Positions 10,483 to 19,270 are shown, numbered from the stretch's first letter. The stretch is DNA of 64,000 nt from Candidatus Bathyarchaeia archaeon (GCA_049521795.1 JBEKOM010000004.1:32001-96000), one strand, 5' to 3'. Notes: generated by a model from the letters alone, not told the origin. A program made the numbers and translations.

Positions 10483-10524
10483 ATGGATAGTTTAAGCTTT
10501 TCGCGCAAACCTTAAACTATCCAT
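10483..10524. repeat. Perfect 14-bp inverted repeat with 14-nt spacer
   Basis: ATGGATAGTTTAAG (10483-10496) / CTTAAACTATCCAT (10511-10524); spacer CTTTTCGCGCAAAC. Confidence 0.9.
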
Positions 10525-10721
10525 GCAGACGGAGACGACAGGAGAAAAGGAGCTTTTTTCAGGCAGTAAATAGATTGTATATAATTATCGTAACGCGCGT
10601 AGAATCAAAAGGTTCAGCAGGAACAAAAGAAACAAATCGCGCGCCACTGTGGATAGGGCTCACCTCGAGGCACTCGGGAAGGCGCGCGCTTGAGTAGCCG
10701 TCCTTTTTCTCCTCTATTCCA

Positions 10722-13442
10722 ATGGTAGTGATGTCATTACAAAAAGTCTTATACTTCGGCTGTGAAGAACAAATCGGAGTTCGGCTGTTGGATATTGGAC
10801 TGCAAACGCTTCTAGTACTGGTTCCTGTTACGGCAGGTGCAATCCTGTTCTTTGTCCTACGTCGAAAGCAACGATTAGCACGACTCATCCAGAAGCTGGT
10901 CGAAAAACACGAAGAAATCGTGCAAGCAATCGCCTCTTTTCACTCACTACTTGCTTCAGATGGATACTTGTCAAAACTCGATTGCTCACTTTGGCACGAG
11001 AAGTGGGATTATTTGAGCCCCCTAGTCGAAGAAGGCAGTAAAAGAAAAACAGGGATAGAGTATCCAGAAAAACTGAAAGAGTTGTGGTCCATCTTCGAAA
11101 ATGGCGGCTCACTCATCAAGAGAAAGAATGAAGAATACGTGAAGAGCGAACTCGCAAAATTCAAGACATTCTTTGATGACTTCGAAGCCAACCCCCTCAC
11201 AGAAAGACAGAGACAGGCAATAGTCATTGAAGAAAAGCACAACCTAGTTGTGGCGGGCGCGGGAACAGGAAAGACAAGTACTCTCCTCGGAAAGGCAGGT
11301 TATATACTCCAGAAAAAACTCGCAGAATCTGATGAAATTCTGCTGATTGCATTTGCCCGAAAAGTCAGAGACGAACTTGAAGAGAGAACACTTAGGAAAC
11401 TAGGGAGAGAAATCGCAATAGAAACTTTCCATAGCTTGGGTCTCGATATTATTGCAGATGTTGAGAAGCGCAAGTTGTCCGTCTCCGAGCTTTCTACAGA
11501 CAAACTGAAACTCCAGAACGCTATTCTGCGTTTCATAAAAGAAAGACTTGGAGACCCCAAGTTCCTCCAGAGAATAGTCGAATACTTCGCTTTCTACGCA
11601 ACTCCTTACAAGAGCATGTTCGATTTCAAATCCAAAGGTGAATACATCGATTATCTACGGAATCAGGAAGTTCGTTCCCTGAAAGGGGACTTGGTGAAGA
11701 GCCTAGAAGAATGCAATATTGCGAATTTCTTGTACATGAATGGAATCGACTATTCTTATGAGAGGGACTATGAAGCCAACGTTGCTTCCAGGCAACGCCG
11801 TCAGTACAAACCAGATTTCTATCTACCAAAATACGGCGTCTACATAGAACACTTTGGCGTGGACAGGAATGGCAATACTGCTCCCTTCGTCGACAGAGAG
11901 AAATATCTTGAGGATATGTCCTGGAAGAAGCGCACACATCAAGAAAACGGCACAAAACTGATTGAGACGTTTAGTTGGGAAGCATCCGAAGAAGTTCTGC
12001 TTGACAATCTTGAGAGCCATCTTGCTGCATTTGGCGTAGAATTCGCTCCTATTCCAGAAGAAAAGATGTTTGACAAATTAAACAAGCTTGGTCTTATCCA
12101 TCCTTTCGCTGGATTATTGGGCTCTTTCTTAAACCTATTCAAGTCCTCACAGAAATCCTTTCAGGAACTACTCGAACAGGTCAAAACCCAGTCAGACCGT
12201 GAGAGAAACAAGGCGTTCATAGAGATTTTCTCGGAAATCTATGCGGAATATCAGAAGAGTCTTGGCGATGAGATTGACTTCAACGACATGATAAACAGAG
12301 CAGAGCAACACGTATCCAGCGGTTCCTACCATTCGAAGTTCAAATACATATTAGTCGACGAATTCCAAGACATATCATACAATAGGTACAAGCTTCTGAA
12401 GGCATTGCTCTCCAACAATCTACATTCTAGACTCTTTGCCGTGGGAGATGACTGGCAATCTATCTACAGGTTCACTGGCAGCGACGTATCAATAATGACT
12501 GATTTCAACCAACATTTCGACCCTTCCGAATGCCTGGAACTAGACAGGACTTTCAGATTCAGTGACAGAATCTGCGATTTCTCTTCAAAGTTCATCCTTA
12601 AAAACCCGAGCCAAATAAGAAAAAAACTCACTTCCAACATAAAGTCCGAGGGTCCCGCAGTCACATTGTTATGGAGCGACAACACTGAAGACAGCATAAA
12701 GGAAGCTCTTCATCGCATTAAGTCCTCCGAAAAGAACGGAACGCGAGTCCTCATCATCGGTAGATACAATCACCAACAACCATCAAATCTAGACGTTCTT
12801 CGCAGAATGTTTCAAGGGCTTGACATTAACTACATAACTGCTCACAGTTCAAAAGGAAAGGAGTCAGATTGCGCCATCGTCATTGGATTAACTTCGCAAG
12901 GTTATGCATTTCCATCTCAAATTGAAGATGACCCTGTTTTGAACCTAGTACTCGCAAAGAAGGAGCCAGTGCCCAACGCAGAAGAAAGAAGACTGTTTTA
13001 CGTAGCGGTAACACGTGCAAGAAAACACGTCTACTTAATAGCGAACAGAACTAACCCGTCTGTGTTTGCAGCAGAGGTCGCAAACCCCGAATATGACATT
13101 GAAATCGATGGGGATGAGGCTGAAGCTAGTACTGCCTGCCCGAGCTGCAAGACAGGGTTAATAATACAGCGTCAGGGCAAGATGGGGACATTCTACTCAT
13201 GCAGTAACTACCCTCATTGCGAATACAAACCTCGCCAATGCCCTAGATGTGGCACAGGATTTCTGCATGAAAGCAAAGAGTCGTCTGCTTTGTATGTTTG
13301 CTCAAACTCGAATTGTTCATTCAAAACCATCAAATGTCCTCGCTGCAAAGATGGCTACTTGGTTTTGAGGAAAGGCAGATACTCGCAGTTTTTTGGGTGC
13401 AGCAACTACCCAGACTGTAGATACACACAGTCAAACCGCTAA
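10722..13442 (+). CDS. DNA helicase IV-like UvrD/Rep helicase with N-terminal membrane helix, inserted PD-(D/E)xK nuclease domain and C-terminal topoisomerase-type C4 zinc ribbons
   Basis: AGAGTGKT, LVDEFQD, VGDDWQSIYRF, HSSKGKE and EERRLFYVAVTRAR motifs; insert YKPDFYLP..GVYIEHFG; C-terminal CPSC/CPRC...CSNYP.C repeats. The true start may be TTG 10788. Confidence 0.9.
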   Translation: MVVMSLQKVLYFGCEEQIGVRLLDIGLQTLLVLVPVTAGAILFFVLRRKQRLARLIQKLVEKHEEIVQAIASFHSLLASDGYLSKLDCSLWHEKWDYLSPLVEEGSKRKTGIEYPEKLKELWSIFENGGSLIKRKNEEYVKSELAKFKTFFDDFEANPLTERQRQAIVIEEKHNLVVAGAGTGKTSTLLGKAGYILQKKLAESDEILLIAFARKVRDELEERTLRKLGREIAIETFHSLGLDIIADVEKRKLSVSELSTDKLKLQNAILRFIKERLGDPKFLQRIVEYFAFYATPYKSMFDFKSKGEYIDYLRNQEVRSLKGDLVKSLEECNIANFLYMNGIDYSYERDYEANVASRQRRQYKPDFYLPKYGVYIEHFGVDRNGNTAPFVDREKYLEDMSWKKRTHQENGTKLIETFSWEASEEVLLDNLESHLAAFGVEFAPIPEEKMFDKLNKLGLIHPFAGLLGSFLNLFKSSQKSFQELLEQVKTQSDRERNKAFIEIFSEIYAEYQKSLGDEIDFNDMINRAEQHVSSGSYHSKFKYILVDEFQDISYNRYKLLKALLSNNLHSRLFAVGDDWQSIYRFTGSDVSIMTDFNQHFDPSECLELDRTFRFSDRICDFSSKFILKNPSQIRKKLTSNIKSEGPAVTLLWSDNTEDSIKEALHRIKSSEKNGTRVLIIGRYNHQQPSNLDVLRRMFQGLDINYITAHSSKGKESDCAIVIGLTSQGYAFPSQIEDDPVLNLVLAKKEPVPNAEERRLFYVAVTRARKHVYLIANRTNPSVFAAEVANPEYDIEIDGDEAEASTACPSCKTGLIIQRQGKMGTFYSCSNYPHCEYKPRQCPRCGTGFLHESKESSALYVCSNSNCSFKTIKCPRCKDGYLVLRKGRYSQFFGCSNYPDCRYTQSNR

Positions 13443-13509
13443 GCCATGAGTGTGCTAGTTAGCGCGCGCATTGTCTTCATAGAGCTACTCAGATCGACGA
13501 CATCTTTGG

Positions 13510-14397
13510 TCAATACTCTAGTTCTCCATTGATGAACTTTCTGGTAATTTCACTGCGGGGGTTATTGAAAAACTCGTCCGGACCAGAGCGCTCCACAATC
13601 CTTCCATTGTAGATGTGAATTATTTCGTCAGCAAGCCTTCTTGCCTGAGCCAAATTGTGCGTAGCCATAATAATTATTTCATCCTCTCTTTTTCTGCCAG
13701 CTATAGCCCTCTCAATCATTATAGCATTGTTAGGGTCCAAATTCGCAGTAGGTTCATCCAAAAGCAAAATCCGCGGATTAAGCAAAAACGCTCGTGCAAG
13801 GGCGATTCTCTGTTGTTCTCCACCAGAGGTTTTCCTTGCCCTTCTTTTTTCGAAATTCCTCAATCCAACAACGTGCAACTCTCGAGCTATTTCTTCTTTG
13901 ATTTCGCTGTCTTTTTTTCCTCTGATTTTGAGGCCATACGCCAAGTTGCCGTAAACCGACCTATTTAACATCACTGTTTTCTGGAAAACTAGTGTCGCGA
14001 TCTGGCGCAATTTCTTTCCGTTTATGTCCTTGCCGTTGAGGAGTATTCTGCCTTTGTTCTTTTCTTCTAACCCAGCTATGATCCTTAGACATTCACCGAG
14101 ACGACCGAGCAGATCTCTAATTCTGCCTTTCTTCTTTTCTTCTAACCCAGCTATGATCCTTAGACATTCACCGAGACGGTCGACAAGACTTCTTATTTTG
14201 CCTTTGTCCCTTTCTATTCTGTCTTTGTCCATTTCTTCTAACCCAGATATTATCCTGAGCAGGGTCGTCTTCCCGGCTCCGTTGATTCCTAATAGTGCTA
14301 TTGTTTTGCCTCCAACTACTTCTAGGTTAATGTTTTCTAGGGCTTTAATTGACCCATAGCTTTTTTCTATGTTTTTGAGTTGGAGTCTTGTTTCCAT
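13510..14397 (-). CDS. tupC: Tungstate ABC transporter ATP-binding subunit (TupC-like) with internal tandem duplication
   Basis: GINGAGKT, SGGEQQR, LLLDEPTANLD, ATH motifs; in operon with permease and binding protein. Confidence 0.85.
   Translation of the reverse strand: METRLQLKNIEKSYGSIKALENINLEVVGGKTIALLGINGAGKTTLLRIISGLEEMDKDRIERDKGKIRSLVDRLGECLRIIAGLEEKKKGRIRDLLGRLGECLRIIAGLEEKNKGRILLNGKDINGKKLRQIATLVFQKTVMLNRSVYGNLAYGLKIRGKKDSEIKEEIARELHVVGLRNFEKRRARKTSGGEQQRIALARAFLLNPRILLLDEPTANLDPNNAIMIERAIAGRKREDEIIIMATHNLAQARRLADEIIHIYNGRIVERSGPDEFFNNPRSEITRKFINGELEY
14045..14256. repeat. In-frame tandem repeat inside tupC (75-nt period, third partial copy)
   Basis: A ~59-bp segment at 14045-14103 recurs at 14120-14178 with one mismatch; partial copy TTTCTTCTAACCCAGATATTATCCT at ~14232-14256. 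Confidence 0.9.
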
Positions 14398-14401
14398 TGT
14401 C

Positions 14402-15190
14402 TCAGTTTTCTCCCGGTCTTAGTCTCTGTTTCAGTCTTTCCACAAGGTTAACTCCACGGTACCACAAGATCCACAGCTTCTTCCAAGGCAGATCTTTTTG
14501 TCTCAGTCTTTCCACAAGGTTAATCGTCAAGGTTATCGTGACCACTATTGCCATGAGGATAATTGCATATGCCATCGCGATGCTGAAATCTCCTAGGTTG
14601 TAGTCCAATGCAATGGAAGTTGTCAGCACCCTCGTTTCTCCCAAAAGATTTCCCCCTATCATCAAAGCCACACCGAGTTCTCCGAAACCTCTGTTGAAAG
14701 CGGCCGATACAGCTAACACCATTGACCAAACGGTTTCTCTCATTATGGCCAAATTGGTTCTGAAGCCAGATGCGCCGAGCGTTTTAGCGAGGTCTCTTAA
14801 CTGGACATCAGCAGCGCCAAGTGCACTGGCGGTGAAGCTGACGATCAAGGGTGTAATCAATATAGATTGACCAATTGCTATTCCATTAAGCGTGTAAAGA
14901 AGGTGCAGAAAGCCGAATTCTCCTAGATGCGACATGAAGAGATACAATAGTAATCCCAAGGCAACTGTGGGTATGCCTATGAGCGAGCTGAAAATGCCTT
15001 TGATCAACCACTTACCTCTAAAGGAATGTAGACCTAAAACTGTTGCTATTGGAATGCTCCATAAGCAAGATAGCAGCGTCCCAAGTCCAGTGACGTATAA
15101 TGACCTGTAGACTGTCGCGTATACCTCATTGTTCCCACTGAAGATCAATTCTAGGGCCTTCCGAATCGCCTGAACTATAACATCTTGCAT
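14402..15190 (-). CDS. tupB: Tungstate ABC transporter permease (TupB-like)
   Basis: FRGK..., PTVALGLLLY, LAKTLGA (EAA loop), ELGVALMIGGN..G.TRVLTT.IA motifs. Confidence 0.88.
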   Translation of the reverse strand: MQDVIVQAIRKALELIFSGNNEVYATVYRSLYVTGLGTLLSCLWSIPIATVLGLHSFRGKWLIKGIFSSLIGIPTVALGLLLYLFMSHLGEFGFLHLLYTLNGIAIGQSILITPLIVSFTASALGAADVQLRDLAKTLGASGFRTNLAIMRETVWSMVLAVSAAFNRGFGELGVALMIGGNLLGETRVLTTSIALDYNLGDFSIAMAYAIILMAIVVTITLTINLVERLRQKDLPWKKLWILWYRGVNLVERLKQRLRPGEN

Positions 15191-15267
15191 TCGAGATCAC
15201 GAAGAAAAGAAAAGATAGGATCGAATCTATGCACGCGTGCTTTGCTGGCGTCCGTCAAAGATCACGG

Positions 15268-16563
15268 TCAATCCCAACTGTTTGCGTATAAGTAGCCTGT
15301 GTCGTATCGATAAGTCGATGGACATTCGGTTGCGTTTGAAGGGATGTAAGCGTAACTCTGGATCCAGCTTAACAGCGTAGCATTGCTTCCAGTGGATATT
15401 AATGGAACGAAGGGGGCGAAAAGCGGTGCTCCAAATGTTGACGTCCCATAGGTGGCCAGCACGTTTTGGCCAGCGCTAGAAACCAGCCAATATGTGAATA
15501 GCATTGAAGCGGCAAAGTTCGTTTGCGTGAGATTAGCATTCAGCGGATTATCCACTATTACGCTGTAGACGTTCAACAAGTCTTGGTTAGCTTGAACCAC
15601 AATTTTCATCTGAATGTTTCCATTATTGGTGTTGGTCAGATATGAAGCCGTGTCTGATAGCGTGTACCCGCCTAATTCGTTGGCCACGAGCAGTGTGGCG
15701 GTCATGCCTTGTCCTGTCGATTTGAACCATGATGTTTCTGTGCTTATTTGGGTATAGTTTATGCCAGCTTTGGTCCATAACGCTATTTCTTTCGTGTTGG
15801 TTCCTGATGCGTCGGCTCTTGATACCCATATGGCTTTGCCTTGTTCTCCCAATGTTTTGATCTGTTGCAGGGCGGCGACAGGTGTCATGCCAGTTACGCC
15901 GGCGGGATCGTTTTGCGGTCCCACCATGATGAAGAAGTTGGATGCTATTATTTTGCGGTTCACACCATATCCGCCTGTTAAGAATGGCTGTTCCGAAGAA
16001 GGAGCGTGCACCATTATCATGTCTGCGTCACCTCTCATGGCTGTCTGTATGGCAGCACCAGTTCCTTGCGAAAGAAAACTAATGGTTATCCAAGGGAACG
16101 TTGCCTGAAACACCGTTTTCATCTGATCTTCCACTCCTGTTTCGTAGAGGCTGGTCGTTGACGAAACTATTAGCCTGGTGGGTGATGGTAATGTGCCTGT
16201 CCATCCAAAATGATTTGCCATTAAAATCGCGTCTAATATATTTATAATTCCGTCGTTGTTGATGTCGGCCGCAATGTTCCAATTCGGATCCCCTGGCGTG
16301 GAGAGGAAGGCATTTCCTAAGATGATTGCGTCAAGAATATTCACTTTGCCGTCGAGGTTGAGGTCTTCTTGTATGGTCCAGTTCAGCCAGTCAGGCCAAT
16401 TGCCCTGATTGACTGCACTGATGCCTATTCCCGTCGAGGCATCCTTGTTTATGGCGGGCGAATTCGCGTTTACATTCGATATCTGGTAGAAAAAGGTCAA
16501 AAGCAAAGGCAACACACAGAAACTCAGAATCAGTATTTTCTTCAATCTTAAACTCAATTCCAA
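15268..16563 (-). CDS. tupA: Tungstate-binding protein (TupA-like) with N-terminal signal peptide and type I dockerin domain
   Basis: STTSLYETG, GTGAA, DAD..MVHAP..E, SRADASGTNTKE, GQGM..TL and YTLSD motifs; dockerin repeats DLNLDGKVNILD / DINNDGIINILD. Start estimated at TTG 16563 after an AGGAG SD (ORF track starts at 16617). Confidence 0.88.
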   Translation of the reverse strand: MELSLRLKKILILSFCVLPLLLTFFYQISNVNANSPAINKDASTGIGISAVNQGNWPDWLNWTIQEDLNLDGKVNILDAIILGNAFLSTPGDPNWNIAADINNDGIINILDAILMANHFGWTGTLPSPTRLIVSSTTSLYETGVEDQMKTVFQATFPWITISFLSQGTGAAIQTAMRGDADMIMVHAPSSEQPFLTGGYGVNRKIIASNFFIMVGPQNDPAGVTGMTPVAALQQIKTLGEQGKAIWVSRADASGTNTKEIALWTKAGINYTQISTETSWFKSTGQGMTATLLVANELGGYTLSDTASYLTNTNNGNIQMKIVVQANQDLLNVYSVIVDNPLNANLTQTNFAASMLFTYWLVSSAGQNVLATYGTSTFGAPLFAPFVPLISTGSNATLLSWIQSYAYIPSNATECPSTYRYDTGYLYANSWD

Positions 16564-16607
16564 CCATCTCCTTATCCATGAATCAATGCATATGGCAGAC
16601 AAAGGAC

Positions 16608-16631
16608 CGATATGCATTTAAAAACATTTCG
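16608..16631. promoter_or_regulatory. Candidate ModE operator overlapping the tupA TATA box
   Basis: Imperfect palindrome CGATATG-CATTTAAAAA-CATTTCG between divergent tupA and modE; the central part reads TTTTTAAATG on the minus strand. Confidence 0.4.
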
Positions 16632-16703
16632 TTGATTAAAGTGCGCGCGCCACCCAGCGACTCTAAACTTTATAAGAATTATGCTACAACAATAACAGCC
16701 AGA

Positions 16704-17261
16704 ATGCTCTCCCACGGCAAACACAAGCCTTCAGGCAAGATTTGGATAGAGTACAGAGGAAAACCGCTACTGGGCAAGGGCGGAGCCAAAATCTTGGAAA
16801 GCATCAAAGAGGAAGAATCAATATCAAAGGCTGCTCGGAAGCTCGGGATGTCTTATCGCTATGTTTGGGGTTACATGCAGAACATGGAAAAAGCCCTTGG
16901 CGAACCAGTCTTAGAAACGTTCAGAGGAGGCAAGTCCGGCGGTGGCGGTGCAAAACTGACCGAGTGCGGGGAAAGTCTGCTAGACGAATACGAACGTCTA
17001 GAAAATTATCTGAATCAGATTCTTACCAACAAAGGATACTGGGAGGTGAAGAATTTGAAGATTAGTGCAAGAAACCGTTTGAAAGGAAAAGTTGTGGCAG
17101 TCGAAAAAGACGGCATTACAGCAAAAGTCAAGATCAACGTAACCGGGCCTTCTGTAGTCACGGCAGTCATTACGAAGGAAGCACTTGAGGATCTGGACAT
17201 AAAAGTCGGGGACACCGTGGAAGCGATAGTGAAATCAACTGAAGTCATCATAGCTAAGTAA
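16704..17261 (+). CDS. modE: ModE-family molybdate/tungstate-responsive regulator (wHTH + TOBE)
   Basis: KIWIE....LGKG...LE.I....SISKAA+.LGMSYRY.W, RGG..GGGA.LT; C-terminal ISARNRLKGKV...IT..A...L....GD.V.A.VKST TOBE domain. Confidence 0.9.
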   Translation: MLSHGKHKPSGKIWIEYRGKPLLGKGGAKILESIKEEESISKAARKLGMSYRYVWGYMQNMEKALGEPVLETFRGGKSGGGGAKLTECGESLLDEYERLENYLNQILTNKGYWEVKNLKISARNRLKGKVVAVEKDGITAKVKINVTGPSVVTAVITKEALEDLDIKVGDTVEAIVKSTEVIIAK

Positions 17262-17366
17262 GCCTTTGCATCCCTCAGATTCTTGGAACCTAGGCGATGT
17301 TCTTCCCACGCTTGAACTAGTTGCTACGACTGACCTGCTCTTGGCGAGGGACCATTGCTATTGGAC

Positions 17367-17831
17367 TCATTTCTCAATGATCATCGGATGAACCAATTGG
17401 CGGCAATGAGGGCAATGTATTAGTCCTTTGTCTCCCCTTGATTTCCAATCCTTCTTGCAGAAAGGGCACCGATACCACACGACGTCTCCAGGGAGATAAA
17501 GCCGTTGCACGCTCAAGACCAGCAGTACAACTCCTGCGATGAGCATGACATCCCCCAAGACGACGAGGTATACCAGTCTAAATTCAAGGCCCAGAATGAA
17601 ACCCAGATTTTCCGTCCATAGAAGCGTCAGAAAAGTTGAAAAAGGGTCTTTGGCTGACGAAACCTCTGGCCAAGTTTTCCACAGCGTGGTCAAAAGCGCA
17701 GCTATCCCTGCTAAGCACAGGGTCAAGCTGAGGACATACCTGGACTTTTTTCTACGGAGAATCTTCAACCTACATTCTCGACTTGAGCTTTGCAACTTTT
17801 GTTTTATTAGATTTATGAAGTCAGTGTTCAC
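17367..17831 (-). CDS. Hypothetical membrane protein with C-terminal zinc ribbon
   Basis: Two hydrophobic segments; CPFC...CPHC. Confidence 0.65.
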   Translation of the reverse strand: MNTDFINLIKQKLQSSSRECRLKILRRKKSRYVLSLTLCLAGIAALLTTLWKTWPEVSSAKDPFSTFLTLLWTENLGFILGLEFRLVYLVVLGDVMLIAGVVLLVLSVQRLYLPGDVVWYRCPFCKKDWKSRGDKGLIHCPHCRQLVHPMIIEK

Positions 17832-18204
17832 AGCAATCTACATTTTGCATTTGGGGTTTAGCGCGCCAGTGTGTCCTGAATTCTTTTGGAAGCAGCTGTG
17901 CTGCTCATTTTGCTCTTCAATCATATTTGGGTCATATAGGATACCCGGGGGGGAGGGAGTGAGCACGAAAGCACCCCGCTCAAACCGTAAAAGTGACCAT
18001 AACCCTTCAAATCCCAAAGGGGGACATGGAAAAGGAAAATAACCTCAACAAGCCCAGTGCGTCGTAGATGAAGGAGCAGATTGTCGCAGATTCATGGAAA
18101 CCTTTAAGTCTGCCGTAGGCTTTTTAGTCGATGATAATTGGAAATCCAAATTTTTCAATTATGCTTAAGTCCAATAGAGGTGATCCTACACGTCACAAAA
18201 AAGA

Positions 18205-18435
18205 ATGTTCGAAATTAAATGCACCGACTGCGGCCAAACCGCTACGGTGCCCTTCAAGCCTACAGCAGGCAAGCCAGTTTACTGCAGAACGTGTTTCTCG
18301 AAACACACCGTCAAGCGCCCAGAAAATGGTGGTACAAACTTCAGTTTTGACCCGAAACAGGCCTGGGCCCGACGAGGAGACAACTGGCATGGAAGAAAGG
18401 AGGAAGAACCAACCAGCGTCTTCCAACGGCTGTAG
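18205..18435 (+). CDS. CxxC-x17-CxxC domain small protein
   Basis: CTDCG....VPFKP..GKPVYCRTCF signature. Confidence 0.88.
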   Translation: MFEIKCTDCGQTATVPFKPTAGKPVYCRTCFSKHTVKRPENGGTNFSFDPKQAWARRGDNWHGRKEEEPTSVFQRL

Positions 18436-18514
18436 TGCACACTTAAGATAAGCCCTATTCAGGCTGAAAACAGGTTACGAGATTCGTTACCGCTTCTTGT
18501 TACCATTTTCGTCA

Positions 18515-18913
18515 CTACTGTTTGCCACTGATGGTCTTGGAAGGCTCGAACAATTCGCAAGGCTCCTGTCTTCTCAACAGCTCTGTGTCATGATCGTAAC
18601 CTCTAGGACACTTCGGTCGTATGTAGTGAGCACAGTTGCCGCACTCGGCGTCTAGGACGGCATTCGGGGTCTCAGTAGGCTTTGGCAGCTGAGCGCTTTC
18701 ACGTTCTTTCATCGTCCTCTGCCTCTTAGGCAAATCGCATCTTATGTCACAAGTCCTGCGCAAACCGCACAGATAGCAACAAGCGTCCTTGACCTCATTG
18801 CGGCACTCTTCCGTCCTGAGCGTTCCCATGGTGCTCTCCCTTATCGCGTTGCAACAATCGTCTCCAACAAGATACTCACACTCAAAACGTGAACGGATCG
18901 CATCCTTCGTCAA
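18515..18913 (-). CDS. Cysteine-rich hypothetical protein
   Basis: Many Cys (CEYL, CC, CCYLC, CGNC..., CPR, CELF); probably metal-binding. Confidence 0.65.
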   Translation of the reverse strand: MTKDAIRSRFECEYLVGDDCCNAIRESTMGTLRTEECRNEVKDACCYLCGLRRTCDIRCDLPKRQRTMKERESAQLPKPTETPNAVLDAECGNCAHYIRPKCPRGYDHDTELLRRQEPCELFEPSKTISGKQ

Positions 18914-18988
18914 GTCCGCCGCCTACCTTTTCGATGTCCACGCGATGCCGACATGATTCTGACATTCTCGATCGTGCGCTAGAATCCT

Positions 18989-19270
18989 CTAGCGGATCCG
19001 GCGGCTTGTCCGTCGATGTGCGTCCTTCACGGGTTTTTTTCCTCGACTTTGATGTTGTGAATCTTCTTTGGATAGGCGAGTTTGTACGTCTTCCTGTATC
19101 AATTCAAGACTCCTCAGAATATCTGCGTAGGAAGTGCCTGCTGAGAACGCGACCACTGCGGCTGTGCCAACGATGAGTCTTGTGTCATGGCCCAAAATCT
19201 CTCTCAGTTCTTCTGGCACATGCAGTACATCAGACTCGATCTTCGCCACTATTGTCTTAAGCTCACCCAA
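18989..19270 (-). CDS. Hypothetical protein, possibly AbrB/SpoVT-like
   Basis: LHVPEELREILG resembles the AbrB-type 'IPxEIRExLG' motif. Confidence 0.5.
   Translation of the reverse strand: MGELKTIVAKIESDVLHVPEELREILGHDTRLIVGTAAVVAFSAGTSYADILRSLELIQEDVQTRLSKEDSQHQSRGKKPVKDAHRRTSRRIR

Noticed and set aside
4962-13445. Integrated provirus or transposon as the origin of the island
   Set aside because: No integrase, transposase or virion gene and no terminal repeat were found, so only a compositional and gene-content island can be claimed.
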